DNA from: Nitrospinales bacterium
GTDB taxonomy: Bacteria; Nitrospinota; Nitrospinia; Nitrospinales; VA-1
Reading direction: 5' to 3'
NCBI GenBank assembly: GCA_965223345.1
Contig: CBDCWG010000012.1
Coordinates: forward strand, 2,816,001-2,880,000
Length of the DNA stretch: 64,000 nucleotides
The notes beneath the pieces were generated by a model, which did not search any database, was not told where the DNA came from, and worked only from the letters and a program-made list of their open reading frames with translations. How positions within the stretch are numbered: position 1 is the stretch's first letter; every line of letters begins with the position of its first letter. Both the position numbers and the translations under genes were made by a program. Of the stretch, positions 20,650-30,734 are shown in pieces.

Positions 20650-21701
20650 GCGCACCGTTCGGCCGGCCGGAATACCTGAACCTGCTCTGGCTGCTGCCTG
20701 TGCTGCTGCTGTTTCTCATCTGGGGAGCGCGGCGCAAGCGGCAGATGGCGGCCCGGTTCTGCGGGGAGGCGCTGCTGCCACGGCTGGTGGGACCGCACTT
20801 TGCCCGCACACAGCGGCGGCGGGTGATCGTCACCGTGCTGGCGGTGCTGTTTTGCGTCCTGGCGCTCACGCAGCCGCGCTGGGGCTACCAGTGGAAGGAG
20901 CAACGGCAGCTGGGGCTGGATCTGGTGGTGGCGCTCGATGTCTCCAACAGCATGCTGGCCGAGGACATCAAGCCCAACCGCCTCGACCGGGCGCGGCGCA
21001 AGATCCTCGACCTGCTCGACATGCTGGAAGGCGACCGCATCGGCCTGGTGGTGTTCGCAGGCGATGCGTTCGTGCAATGCCCGCTGACGCTCGATTACAC
21101 CGCCGCGAAACTGTTTCTCTCGGCGGTGGACACGGACATCCTGTCCATCCAGGGCACCGCGCTGGATAAGGCCATCCGGGTCTCGGTGGAGGCCATGAGC
21201 GGGCAGGCCAAAAAATCCAAGGCGGTGATCCTGATCACCGACGGCGAGGACCATCAGGGCGATCCGGTGCAGGCGGCGCGCTGGGCGGCTGAACAGGGCG
21301 TGCAGATCTACACGATCGGCATCGGCCGCGAACTCGGCGCTCCCATTCCCAGCGGCGAGCCGGGCGGCGGGTTCAAAAAGGATGCGAACGGCGAAGTGAT
21401 CCTGACCAAACTCGACGAGGCCACTTTGCAGGCGATGGCTCTGGAGACCGGAGGCACCTACGTGCGGTCGGTGACGGGGGATCTCGACCTCACCCGGATC
21501 TACAAGGACAGCATTCTGGTGAACCTGGAGAAAAAGCAGCTCAAGTCGCAGCGCCGCAAACAGTGGCACGAGCGGTTTCAATGGATGATTTTTCTCGCCC
21601 TGGTCTGCCTGCTGGCGGACTTCTGGATCGATGAAAAATCGCGTCCTGCGGCGCAAAGGACCGCAACCGTTGCGCCGGGAGAGCCCGATTTGTTAAAATA
21701 A
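20646..21701 (+). CDS. batB: VWA domain membrane protein BatB
   Basis: GTG start overlapping the batA stop. DVSNSMLAEDIKPNRL, PLTLDY, ITDGED, ERFQW plus TM. Confidence 0.9.
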   Translation: MSAPFGRPEYLNLLWLLPVLLLFLIWGARRKRQMAARFCGEALLPRLVGPHFARTQRRRVIVTVLAVLFCVLALTQPRWGYQWKEQRQLGLDLVVALDVSNSMLAEDIKPNRLDRARRKILDLLDMLEGDRIGLVVFAGDAFVQCPLTLDYTAAKLFLSAVDTDILSIQGTALDKAIRVSVEAMSGQAKKSKAVILITDGEDHQGDPVQAARWAAEQGVQIYTIGIGRELGAPIPSGEPGGGFKKDANGEVILTKLDEATLQAMALETGGTYVRSVTGDLDLTRIYKDSILVNLEKKQLKSQRRKQWHERFQWMIFLALVCLLADFWIDEKSRPAAQRTATVAPGEPDLLK

Positions 21702-21833
21702 CAGGTCACATTCCCTGTTTTAGCAGGCTTTGACCATTAAAAACAGGGGTCTCCATTTATCATCGAGGCCGCATCCACGGCCTGTAACTACCAATCTTTC
21801 CCGCATTTTGCGGAAATTACCGACTTTTTTGAG

Positions 21834-22562
21834 GTGAACGGTTCTATGGAAAATATATCGAGAAACATTCCGAGTCACATGAGTCAGGATGCGATCGCCG
21901 CGGAACAGCAGCGATTCATGGTGCGGGTCTACAACTGGATGACGGCGGGCCTCGCCGTGACCGGGTTTCTGGCCTATTTCGTGGCGCACAACGACACGGC
22001 GCTCGGGATCATCACCGCCAACCCGATGATTCCCATCGTGCTGATGATCGCGCAGATCGGACTGGTGTTTTACCTGTCCTTCCGGGTGCAGAAGATGTCG
22101 GCCAGCCAGGCCACCGGCGTGTTCATTCTGTACGCCGGCCTGACGGGAATCACGTTCTCGTTTATTTTCCTGGCCTACACGATGGCGTCCATCACCTCCA
22201 CCTTTCTGGTGACGGCCGGGACGTTCGGGGCCATGAGTTTTTACGGCTACACGACCAAGCGGGACCTGACCTCGATGGGCAGCTTCCTGTTCATGGGCCT
22301 GATCGGCATCATCATCGCATCGATCGTCAACATCTTCATGAAGAACGAGATGATGTACTGGGTCATCACCTACGCGGGCGTGCTGATCTTCGTCGGCCTG
22401 ACCGCCTACGACACGCAGAAGATCAAGAACATGAACGTGCTGGGCAACGAAGGCACAGAGGAAGACACCAAAGAAGCGGTGATCGGCGCGCTGACGCTGT
22501 ACCTGGACTTTATCAACCTGTTCCTGATGCTGCTGCGCATCATGGGCAACCCGCGCGAATGA
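21834..22562 (+). CDS. Bax inhibitor-1/YccA family membrane protein
   Basis: Seven hydrophobic segments, VYNWM, TKRDL, LTAYDTQKIK, ALTLYLDFINLF. Start could be 21847 or 21879. Confidence 0.93.
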   Translation: MNGSMENISRNIPSHMSQDAIAAEQQRFMVRVYNWMTAGLAVTGFLAYFVAHNDTALGIITANPMIPIVLMIAQIGLVFYLSFRVQKMSASQATGVFILYAGLTGITFSFIFLAYTMASITSTFLVTAGTFGAMSFYGYTTKRDLTSMGSFLFMGLIGIIIASIVNIFMKNEMMYWVITYAGVLIFVGLTAYDTQKIKNMNVLGNEGTEEDTKEAVIGALTLYLDFINLFLMLLRIMGNPRE

Positions 22563-22580
22563 TCCTTTAAGCCGCAACGC

Positions 22581-22613
22581 AAAAAGCCCCCGCACCGTGC
22601 GGGGGCTTTTTTT
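22581..22613 (+). terminator. Bidirectional-type intrinsic terminator
   Basis: AAAAAGCCCCCGCAC-C-GTGCGGGGGCTTTTTTT is a perfect inverted repeat. Confidence 0.9.
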
Positions 22614-22668
22614 ATGGCGCAAACAAGCCGAACAGTTTTATGACACGTTTTTTTTACAAGAGCGGCGG

Positions 22669-22697
22669 TTGACAACATCTGCGGTTTTATCTACAAT
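22669..22697 (+). promoter_or_regulatory. Sigma70-type promoter upstream of the HtrA gene
   Basis: TTGACA-N17-TACAAT. Confidence 0.7.
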
Positions 22698-22821
22698 AAC
22701 GATTGTATTTTCAAGGGTGTCCGGCTCATTCCCGTTTCTCTCTCCCCGCCGGGCGCGTGCATCGAACCTGCCTTTCCGTATCCGTCCGTTGCTCCTATCC
22801 AACCCACTCGGCACATTCAAA

Positions 22822-24123
22822 ATGAAAACCGTTCTCGCGTTCACTCTGTGCATATTACTGACCTCTTCCGCGCATGCGCTGCAGGATGAGGTCGTTTTCA
22901 AACAGGCCATCCAGTACACCGTCAAAATCGACACGCGCGTGCGGATTCCGTTCGACGGCGAAAAGAAGGGCTCCTCGACGGGAGCCGGGTTCCTGGTGGA
23001 CAAGGCGCGCGGCTGGGTGATGACGAACGCGCACGTGGTGTCGCGCTCGCCGTCGTATCTGTCGGCGGCGTTTCACAACCAGTCCTCGCATCCGGCCGAA
23101 AAGGTGTATGTGGACCCCTATCTGGATCTGGCCATCATCCGCATCGCGCCGGCGCTGATTCCCAAACAGGCGAAGGCGGCGCCGCTGCTGTGCGAATCGA
23201 TGCCGGAGGTCGGCCACTCCATCGGCGCGTTCGGGCACCCCTGGAAATTCTCGTTCACCGGAACGCGCGGCATCATCTCCGGCGTCACCTCGCGGCTCGG
23301 CGGCGAACTGCTGCAGACGGACGCGCCCATCAATCCGGGAAACTCGGGCGGGCCCCTGATCAGCACGCGCAGCGGCAAGGTCGTCGGCATGAACACCGCG
23401 ACGCTGAACCGCGATGAAAACCAGAACACCAACTTCGCCGAACCCATGAAGTATCTGTGCCGGGTTCTCGAGCTTTTGCGGGAAGGGCGCGACCCGTCGC
23501 CGCCGGACCTCACCGTCCTGTTCGAAGAGAACACCGAAGACAGCCATCAACTGGTGGTGGCCCGATCGTACCTGAAACCCGATCTCATCCCGCTCGAGGA
23601 AGGCGACGTGATCCTGCGCACCCTGCCCGACAACCAGATCGTCGAGAACGAAGGGCAATGGGTGCACTCGCTGCGCGGCCGGCTGGACAACTTCGAACTG
23701 GAAATCCTGCGCCGGGGCAAAAAAAGAATCCTCACCGGCACGCTGCCGCCCGCACCGCGCGTCACCGCAAGAAAGGGCGTCTACTTTTCCGGCGTCCTGC
23801 TGGCTCCGGTGCCCTTTCGCGACCGGGCGGAGATGGTGTACACCCTGAAGGTCGATTATGTGGAGCCGGGATCGCTCGGCGAGAGCAAGCGCATCGGCCC
23901 CTGGGACCGGCTCATCATGGTGAACGGTCAATCGGTGCGCACGCTGGAGGAGCTGCACCGCCAGCTGCAAAAGGTCCGCAATGAAAAGCGGCCGGTGACC
24001 GTGAAAATGCGCCACATCAGCAGCCGCAAAGACCGCATCTTCAGCTACAAGAACGTGACCCTGGCGGTGGAGGATCTCAAGTTCATCGGCGCGGAGACAC
24101 CCGCCGAAGACCCCAATTCCTGA
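22822..24123 (+). CDS. HtrA/DegP-like trypsin serine protease with PDZ-like domains
   Basis: Signal peptide (AHA), GAGF, TNAHVV, DLAII, QTDAPINPGNSGGPL. Confidence 0.92.
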   Translation: MKTVLAFTLCILLTSSAHALQDEVVFKQAIQYTVKIDTRVRIPFDGEKKGSSTGAGFLVDKARGWVMTNAHVVSRSPSYLSAAFHNQSSHPAEKVYVDPYLDLAIIRIAPALIPKQAKAAPLLCESMPEVGHSIGAFGHPWKFSFTGTRGIISGVTSRLGGELLQTDAPINPGNSGGPLISTRSGKVVGMNTATLNRDENQNTNFAEPMKYLCRVLELLREGRDPSPPDLTVLFEENTEDSHQLVVARSYLKPDLIPLEEGDVILRTLPDNQIVENEGQWVHSLRGRLDNFELEILRRGKKRILTGTLPPAPRVTARKGVYFSGVLLAPVPFRDRAEMVYTLKVDYVEPGSLGESKRIGPWDRLIMVNGQSVRTLEELHRQLQKVRNEKRPVTVKMRHISSRKDRIFSYKNVTLAVEDLKFIGAETPAEDPNS

Positions 24124-24397
24124 AATCACCCGCCCTCACCTGCCCCTGAATTTTCCGCAGCAGGATATCTGTGCGCCGGATTTTGCTCCAATCCGCGTTC
24201 CACCCTCCTATATTTACACTTCAGTTAAAATCTTAACCCATCGGCTGCAAGTTTCTTTCAAAGCCTCCGCATACAACCGTCTTCGCCCGCGCGGGCCGCA
24301 GCCCGCCGTGTCGGACGAAATCACTAATATCATATTATTTAATGGGTTATAGCTAAGGGTTTTGTTTTTATTTCCCGTACGGACTTTTTTTGGGTTT

Positions 24398-24413
24398 TGT
24401 GATTTGCCTCACG
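24398..24413 (+). promoter_or_regulatory. Candidate CRP/FNR-superfamily binding site
   Basis: TGTGA-tttgcc-TCACG (9/10 match to TGTGA-N6-TCACA), upstream of TTGATC-N17-TAAGTT (24434-24462). Confidence 0.45.
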
Positions 24414-24524
24414 GTTTGATGCGCATTGCGCTATTGATCTTCTGATTTTTCCTTGATAAGTTTTTTTTATCGTTTTTACCGTCCCGAAACACACAATCAC
24501 TATCCTTGAAAAGGAGAAATCCTC

Positions 24525-24782
24525 ATGAAGAAATTCACAGCGTTCACTGTCTGCACCCTGTTTGTCCTTTCCCTGGCCATTCCGTTCTCGGCTTTTGCCG
24601 GCGATCCGATGGCCAAGACCAAAACCTCCGCATCGGCCAAAAAAATGGACGACGCCGCGGATAAAGGGAAAACGCGCGGCTCCGCAAGCACCAAGAAAAC
24701 GGCTTCGTCCTCGGATGACAGCAAGGAAGACGCCAAAAAGAAAGACAAGTCCGGTAAAACTCCTCAGAAAAAGAGCAAGTGA
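24525..24782 (+). CDS. Small secreted Lys/Ser/Asp-rich low-complexity protein
   Basis: Strong RBS AAGGAG, signal peptide ending in AFA, disordered charged mature part. Confidence 0.8.
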   Translation: MKKFTAFTVCTLFVLSLAIPFSAFAGDPMAKTKTSASAKKMDDAADKGKTRGSASTKKTASSSDDSKEDAKKKDKSGKTPQKKSK

Positions 24783-24898
24783 GCTTTTTTTGAGTTTTGA
24801 ATAGCAGCAACGGATTCACCTGGATGAAAGCGCTGGGACAGACCGGAAATAGTGTGCGTTTCCGACCGGTCCCGGCGCCTGCAGGGGCGGAAAAACCG

Positions 24899-24935
24899 GG
24901 GTTTGCGGTCGCTCAACCGCAAACCCTTTTTCTTT
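24899..24935 (+). terminator. Intrinsic terminator
   Basis: 11-bp perfect stem GGGTTTGCGGT/ACCGCAAACCC with a 6-nt loop, then TTTTTCTTT. Confidence 0.8.
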
Positions 24936-24989
24936 ATTCAGCGACGCCCCTTCGGGGTTTTTCCCGACCCAAAAATTCGGTATCATTGA

Positions 24990-25913
24990 TTGAATGCACG
25001 CACTTCCGGCCCGGTGCAGGCCGCTGCTCCCGGAAGTGCCCGTCCCCATCGCGACCGCTGTAACGGAAAGGCTTCCTTGCTGCAATCACGCTTGCTTCCA
25101 GTCCTGGTATTTCTGTCGCTGAGCGCTCCTGTCACCGGAAACGCCGGCGGGGTTTCGTTCGACTCGTCGCAGAACCACCTGCGGGAAGGGGTGCAGGAAT
25201 ACAGCAACAGCGCTTTCGACAAGGCGGAGCGCAAATTCCTGGAAGCGCTGGAGAGCCGGCCCGGCGACCCGCAAATCGCCTACAACCTGGGCAACAGCTA
25301 CTACAAACAGGGAAAATATAAAGAAGCCCTGCAGGAGTACGTGCAGGCGGCCGCCGGCGATTCCGGCCGCGTCCTGAAACAGAAATCGATTTACAACACG
25401 GGAAACGCGCTGTTCCGGCTCGGCAAGCTGGAAGAGGCCGCCACCGCCTACAAGAAGGCGCTGGAACTCGATCCCAGCGACATGGACTCCAAATACAACC
25501 TGGAATTCGTGCGCGAGCAGATGCGGAAAAACCCCGATTCCGGCAATTCCAAAAATCCGGACGACCCGTCCGGCAAGGGAGACAATCCGGACGATCGATC
25601 CGACAACGAAGGATCGGATGACAGCCCCAACCCCGGCTCCGATCCAGCAGATTCGCAAACGCCGCCGGATCCATCGCAATCCGGTGAGCAGGAGCCGGTG
25701 CAGCAGGCGCAGAATCCACCGCCTGCCCCGCCGCAATCCACGCAACCCCAGGGCGCGCAGCAGCAGGCGTCCGCAACCGGGCAGAACGGGGAATTGACGG
25801 AAGAACAGGCGGAGCGGTGGCTCAGTTCACTGAATGAAGACCTCAAACGCTTTCAAAAAAGAAAATCCCAGCAACGGTCGGGCGGTTCGATGCAACCGGA
25901 AAAGGACTGGTGA
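24990..25913 (+). CDS. batC: TPR protein BatC (start codon uncertain)
   Basis: Hydrophobic segment, TPRs (YNLGNSYYKQGKY, YNTGNALF, KYNLE), P/Q/D-rich linker, LTEEQAERWL...EKDW C-terminus. Confidence 0.88.
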   Translation: MNARTSGPVQAAAPGSARPHRDRCNGKASLLQSRLLPVLVFLSLSAPVTGNAGGVSFDSSQNHLREGVQEYSNSAFDKAERKFLEALESRPGDPQIAYNLGNSYYKQGKYKEALQEYVQAAAGDSGRVLKQKSIYNTGNALFRLGKLEEAATAYKKALELDPSDMDSKYNLEFVREQMRKNPDSGNSKNPDDPSGKGDNPDDRSDNEGSDDSPNPGSDPADSQTPPDPSQSGEQEPVQQAQNPPPAPPQSTQPQGAQQQASATGQNGELTEEQAERWLSSLNEDLKRFQKRKSQQRSGGSMQPEKDW

Positions 25914-25929
25914 GCCGGTGCGCGCGCAT

Positions 25930-27744
25930 ATGCTGACAGCGACCCTGCGGCTGGGCCTGTGCGCCATTTTGGCCGCTGTGCTGGCATTGTCCGGCGTCGC
26001 TTCCGTTTCCGCGAAAGCCGATGCGGTCAAACTGACGGCGACGGTGGACAAGAGCGAACTGACGCTCGAGGACACGCTGCAACTTTCGCTCACGGTCGAG
26101 GGCGTGCAGAACGCGCCGCCGCCGAAATTGCCCGATCTGCCGAATTTCCGCATCCGCTCGCGCGGCACCGCGTCTTCGACCCGCATCATCAACGGCGAGA
26201 CGCGCGTTTCCTTCACCTACAATTTTCTGCTGGCGCCCGCGAAAGCCGGTGCGTTCGAGATCGGCCCTTCGAGCGTCGAGGTCGAGGGCAAGACCTACCG
26301 CTCGGAACCGATCCGCGTGATCGTCAGCAAAACGCCGCGCAACCCGTCTGCGGCGAGCACGCTGGCGTACGTGGAAACCTCCGTGTCCAATAAAAATCCA
26401 TACGTCAACGAGCAGATCGAATACACCTTCCGCCTGTTCCGCAAGGTGGATGCGAAAAATCTGGATCTCAAGCTCACCTACGACGACAGCCAGTTCCGCA
26501 AGGAGGACATGGGCGACGCCAGGATCTACATGCGCGTGCTGAACGGCGTGCGCCACCACGTGCACGAGCTGTCGGTGGCGCTGTTCCCCATTCATCCGGG
26601 CAAGATGACGATTCCCGGCGCCGAGATCGAACTGGATCTGGTGAACCGCAGCGGGCGCGCCTCGCGCCAGGACCCGTTTTCGCTGTTCTTTGACGATCCG
26701 TTCAACCGCTCGCGCGGTCAGGCGATCCACAAGATCCTGCGTTCGGACCCGATTCAGCTGAACGTGAAGCCGCTGCCGAAAAAGGGCCGGCCGGCGGATT
26801 TTACCGGCCTGGTGGGGCAGTTCGAGATCGACGCGTCCCTGAGTGCGACCGAACTGGAGGTGGGAGACAGCACGACCTGGACGGTGACGGTGAAAGGGCC
26901 CGCGAGCGTGAAGAATTTTTCCCTGCCCGCCCCCGATCTCGGCGACGCCTTCAAGGTGTATCCAGACCAGCCCAAAACCAAGACGGGCATGCTGGGGGAG
27001 AAGCTGGCCGGGGAAAAGATCTTCAAGTTCGCGCTGGTGCCGCTGAAGGAAGGCCCGGTCAGCCTGCCGCCGGCGGCGCTGTCCTGGTTCGACCCGAAAA
27101 AGAAACGCTACCGCACCGCCCGCACGATGCCGGTCTCGTTCACGGTGTCGCCTTCTTCCGGGGACGACACGCTCAAGGTCACGCAGCCGGAACTGCCGCA
27201 AAGCGGCAACGAGAAAAAAGAGGTGGCGATCCTCGGTGAGGACCTGTTTCCGATTCACACCCGGGACGGGGATTTTGCCGATCAACGGTTCACGCGCCCG
27301 CAACAGGCGCTGTACGCCGCCGGATTCGTCTTTCCGGTGCTGGCGTTTTTCGTGCTTTCCGGCTTCATCAGCCGCAGCCAGCGGCTCAAGCACGACGTCG
27401 CGTATTCCCGCAGGCAGAACGCTTTCAAGACCGCAGCGTCGCACCTCAAACAACTGAGCACCCGGTCGCCGCGGCCGGAGCCCAAGGAATTCGCCAGGGA
27501 GCTGTCGCAGATCGTGCGCGATTACCTGGGCGACCGGCTCAACCTGCACGGACAGGCGATCACCTCCCGGGAAGTGGACGTGAAGCTTGCGGGAATGGGG
27601 TTCAACGAAACGCAGACGGAAGCGACGAAGCGGCTGCTGGAAAGACTGGAATCGCTGCAGTACGCCCCGGCGGTCTCGGGTGGATACCAGGATCTGCTGC
27701 GGCAGTCCTGGGAGCTGATCCAGCAGCTGGAGAAACCCGAATGA
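25930..27744 (+). CDS. batD: BatD family protein
   Basis: Signal peptide, ATVDK, IINGE, NPYVNEQ, FTGLVGQF, VYPDQP, SWFDP, C-terminal TM. Confidence 0.9.
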   Translation: MLTATLRLGLCAILAAVLALSGVASVSAKADAVKLTATVDKSELTLEDTLQLSLTVEGVQNAPPPKLPDLPNFRIRSRGTASSTRIINGETRVSFTYNFLLAPAKAGAFEIGPSSVEVEGKTYRSEPIRVIVSKTPRNPSAASTLAYVETSVSNKNPYVNEQIEYTFRLFRKVDAKNLDLKLTYDDSQFRKEDMGDARIYMRVLNGVRHHVHELSVALFPIHPGKMTIPGAEIELDLVNRSGRASRQDPFSLFFDDPFNRSRGQAIHKILRSDPIQLNVKPLPKKGRPADFTGLVGQFEIDASLSATELEVGDSTTWTVTVKGPASVKNFSLPAPDLGDAFKVYPDQPKTKTGMLGEKLAGEKIFKFALVPLKEGPVSLPPAALSWFDPKKKRYRTARTMPVSFTVSPSSGDDTLKVTQPELPQSGNEKKEVAILGEDLFPIHTRDGDFADQRFTRPQQALYAAGFVFPVLAFFVLSGFISRSQRLKHDVAYSRRQNAFKTAASHLKQLSTRSPRPEPKEFARELSQIVRDYLGDRLNLHGQAITSREVDVKLAGMGFNETQTEATKRLLERLESLQYAPAVSGGYQDLLRQSWELIQQLEKPE

Positions 27745-28493
27745 ACCAAAGGATCCGGGCCGGTTTTTTCTGGACGCTGGCTGTGTTTTTCGCGGCCTCG
27801 GCGCATGCGCAGGACCTTCAGCAGGACACCGTCCTGAAAGCCAACCAGCTGTATCTGCAACAGGATTACGCCAAATCGGCGCATCTGTATGAAGCCCTGA
27901 TCGCTGAAGGCGTGCGCAACGGTTACCTGTATTACAACCTGGGCAACGCCTATTCCCGGCTCGGCAAACTCGGGCCCGCCATCCTCAACTTTATCAAGGC
28001 GAAAGAACTGCTGCCCCGCGACCCGTCGCTGGACGCCAACCTGAAATACGCGCTGCGCCAGACCACCGACCCGGTCGTGCCCCCTGCACCAGGTTTGTTG
28101 AAAACGGTGTTTTTCTGGGCGGACAGCTTCACGCTGAAGGAACACCTTCATATCGTCCTCGCCGTCAACGTGCTGTTCTGGGCGCTGCTGCTCGGCTGGT
28201 TCCGCTACCGCTCAGAAGCCTGGGACTGGGCCCGCAAAACCGCGCTGATCGCCCTACTGATCGTCCTCTGTGCGGCGGCCGTCCGCATCTACCAGAGCCC
28301 CTACGCCGATTCCGGCGTCGTGCTGGCGGAGCGCATCGACGTCAAGTCCGCCTCCGGAAAAGAGAATGTGACCTTGTTTCAGCTGCACGAGGGAGCGATA
28401 ATAACCTTATCCGAAGAAAAAAACGGATGGGTGCGCATCGCTCTGACTCCCGACAAAACGGGCTGGGTGCCCAGGGAGTCCATCGGCACCTGA
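27741..28493 (+). CDS. batE: BatE (TPR plus SH3b)
   Basis: YYNLGNAY..LG, two TM segments, LFQLHEG...GWV...GWV. ATGA overlap with batD. Confidence 0.9.
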   Translation: MNQRIRAGFFWTLAVFFAASAHAQDLQQDTVLKANQLYLQQDYAKSAHLYEALIAEGVRNGYLYYNLGNAYSRLGKLGPAILNFIKAKELLPRDPSLDANLKYALRQTTDPVVPPAPGLLKTVFFWADSFTLKEHLHIVLAVNVLFWALLLGWFRYRSEAWDWARKTALIALLIVLCAAAVRIYQSPYADSGVVLAERIDVKSASGKENVTLFQLHEGAIITLSEEKNGWVRIALTPDKTGWVPRESIGT

Positions 28494-28523
28494 ACGGTCT
28501 CCCTCTTTTACGGAGAACTCACC

Positions 28524-30734
28524 ATGAAAGCCAAACTACCGCGCTCCGCAGGGGGCTGGGGCGCGCTGCTCTATTCCCTGAAACAATCCCGGCGTGCGGG
28601 CGGCCTGTGGCCGCTGATGCGCGCCCTGATGAGCAAGAACAGCTGCAAGAGCTGCGCGCTCGGCATGGGCGGGCAGTCGGGCGGCATGCGCAACGAGCGC
28701 GGCCATTTTCCCGAAGTGTGCAACAAGTCCATCGTGGCGCAGGCCTCGGACATGCAGGGCATCCTGCCGGTGAATTTTTTCCAGGAGCACGACGTGGACA
28801 CGCTGAGCCGCTGGACGCCGCGCGAACTGGAAACCAGCGGCCGGCTGGTGCAGCCGGTGCTGTGCGAAGCGGGTGACACGCATTACCGGGCGGTGTCCTG
28901 GCAGGAAGCGCTTCAGCGGGTCGCGGATCGCCTGAAGACCACCACCGCCGACCGCACCTTCTTCTACGCGAGCGGCCGTTCCTCCAACGAAGCGGGGTTT
29001 CTGCTGCAACTGTTCGCCCGGTTGTACGGAACCAACAACGTCAACAACTGTTCGTACTACTGCCATCAGGCTTCGGGCGTCGGGCTCACGCAGAGCCTGG
29101 GAACCGGAACGGCCACCGTGCGCCTGGAAGACCTGGATGCCACCGACCTGATGTTCCTGATCGGCGCCAACCCGCCGTCGAACCACCCGCGCTTCATGCG
29201 CACGCTGATGGAAATCCGCCGCCGCGGCGGCAAGGTGATCGTGATCAACCCGGCGCGCGAACGCGGGCTGGAAAATTTCAGCGTGCCCTCCGACGTGCGC
29301 AGCCTACTGTTCGGCTCGGACATCGCCAGCACGTTTTTACAGCCGCACATCGGCGGCGACATCCCGCTGCTCAAGGGCATCGCCAAAGCGCTGTTCGAGA
29401 TCGCCGAAGACGAACCGGACGTGCTCGCCACCGATTTCATCCTGCAGTTCACCGACGACTACGCCGCCTTCAAAGCGGATCTCGACGGCTGCAAGTGGCA
29501 GGAGCTGGTGGAAGCGTCGGGCATATCGCACGAGGCGATCGTGGATGCGGCGCGCCAGTACGCCGCCGCCAAGAACGTGGTGTTCGCGTGGGCGATGGGC
29601 ATCACGCATCACGCGCACGGGGTGGAGAACGTGGAGTCGATCGTCAACCTGGCGCTGCTGCGCGGCATGGTCGGGCGCAAGGACGCGGGCCTATTGCCGC
29701 TGCGCGGGCACAGCAACGTGCAGGGCATCGGTTCGGTGGGCGTCACGCCGCAACTGAAGCAGGCGGTGTTCGACAACCTGGAATCGAATTACGGCATGAG
29801 CCTGCCGACCGATAAGGGTCTCGACACGCTGGGCTGCATGGAAGCGGCGCAAGCAGGCCGGTTCGATTTCGCCTGGAACCTGGGCGGCAACCTGTACGGT
29901 TCCAACCCCGACTCGGCGTTCGCGAAAGCGGCGTTGGAGAACATCGATTTCATCCTGTACATGAACACGACGCTCAACCAGGGGCATTTCAACGGGCGCG
30001 GGCAGACGACGCTCATCCTGCCGGTGCTGGCGCGCGACGAGGAGCCGGAACCGACGACGCAGGAGAGCATGTTCAATTTCGTGCGCGTGAGCGAGGGCGG
30101 ACCGCCGCGCTACCTGGGTCCGCGCAGCGAGGTGGGCGTGATCGCCGAGATCGCCGGGAAGGTGCTGGAACCGGAGCCGATCGACTGGCGCGAGCTCGGC
30201 AAGACCGGCAACGTGCGGAAGATGATCGGCAAGGTGCTGCCCGGTTTCGAGAAAATAAAAGATATAGACAAAACGGGCGAGGAGTTCCACATCGCGGGGC
30301 GCACCCTGCACACGCCGCAGTTTCCAACCGCCAACGGCAAGGCGCGCTTCACCGTGTGCGCGGTTCCGGACATGGCGCACGGCCAGCCGCAGGGCAACGG
30401 CAACCGCTTCCGCCTGATGACCGTGCGTTCGGAAGGCCAGTTCAACACGGTGGTGTACGACCTCGACGACAAGTACCGCGGCATCCCGACGCGCAACGCG
30501 GTGCTGATGAGCCCGGAAGACATGCAGGCGCAGGGGCTGAACGAAGGCGAGAAAGTGCGGGTGGCCAGCGAGACGGGCCGCATGCAGGGGCTCACGCTGT
30601 TCCCCTTCCCCATCAAGCCGGGCAACATCATGATGTACTATCCCGAAGCCAACGTGCTGGTGCCGCGCTCGCACGACGCGCAGTCCAAAACCCCTTCCTT
30701 CAAATCGATCAACGTGACGGTGGAGCGGGAGTGA
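28524..30734 (+). CDS. FdhF/YdeP family molybdopterin oxidoreductase
   Basis: AGGWGAL, CKSCA, FYASGRSSNEA, NNCSYYCHQASG, PLRGHSNVQG, LMTVRSEGQFNT, YYPEANVLV. Confidence 0.93.
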   Translation: MKAKLPRSAGGWGALLYSLKQSRRAGGLWPLMRALMSKNSCKSCALGMGGQSGGMRNERGHFPEVCNKSIVAQASDMQGILPVNFFQEHDVDTLSRWTPRELETSGRLVQPVLCEAGDTHYRAVSWQEALQRVADRLKTTTADRTFFYASGRSSNEAGFLLQLFARLYGTNNVNNCSYYCHQASGVGLTQSLGTGTATVRLEDLDATDLMFLIGANPPSNHPRFMRTLMEIRRRGGKVIVINPARERGLENFSVPSDVRSLLFGSDIASTFLQPHIGGDIPLLKGIAKALFEIAEDEPDVLATDFILQFTDDYAAFKADLDGCKWQELVEASGISHEAIVDAARQYAAAKNVVFAWAMGITHHAHGVENVESIVNLALLRGMVGRKDAGLLPLRGHSNVQGIGSVGVTPQLKQAVFDNLESNYGMSLPTDKGLDTLGCMEAAQAGRFDFAWNLGGNLYGSNPDSAFAKAALENIDFILYMNTTLNQGHFNGRGQTTLILPVLARDEEPEPTTQESMFNFVRVSEGGPPRYLGPRSEVGVIAEIAGKVLEPEPIDWRELGKTGNVRKMIGKVLPGFEKIKDIDKTGEEFHIAGRTLHTPQFPTANGKARFTVCAVPDMAHGQPQGNGNRFRLMTVRSEGQFNTVVYDLDDKYRGIPTRNAVLMSPEDMQAQGLNEGEKVRVASETGRMQGLTLFPFPIKPGNIMMYYPEANVLVPRSHDAQSKTPSFKSINVTVERE

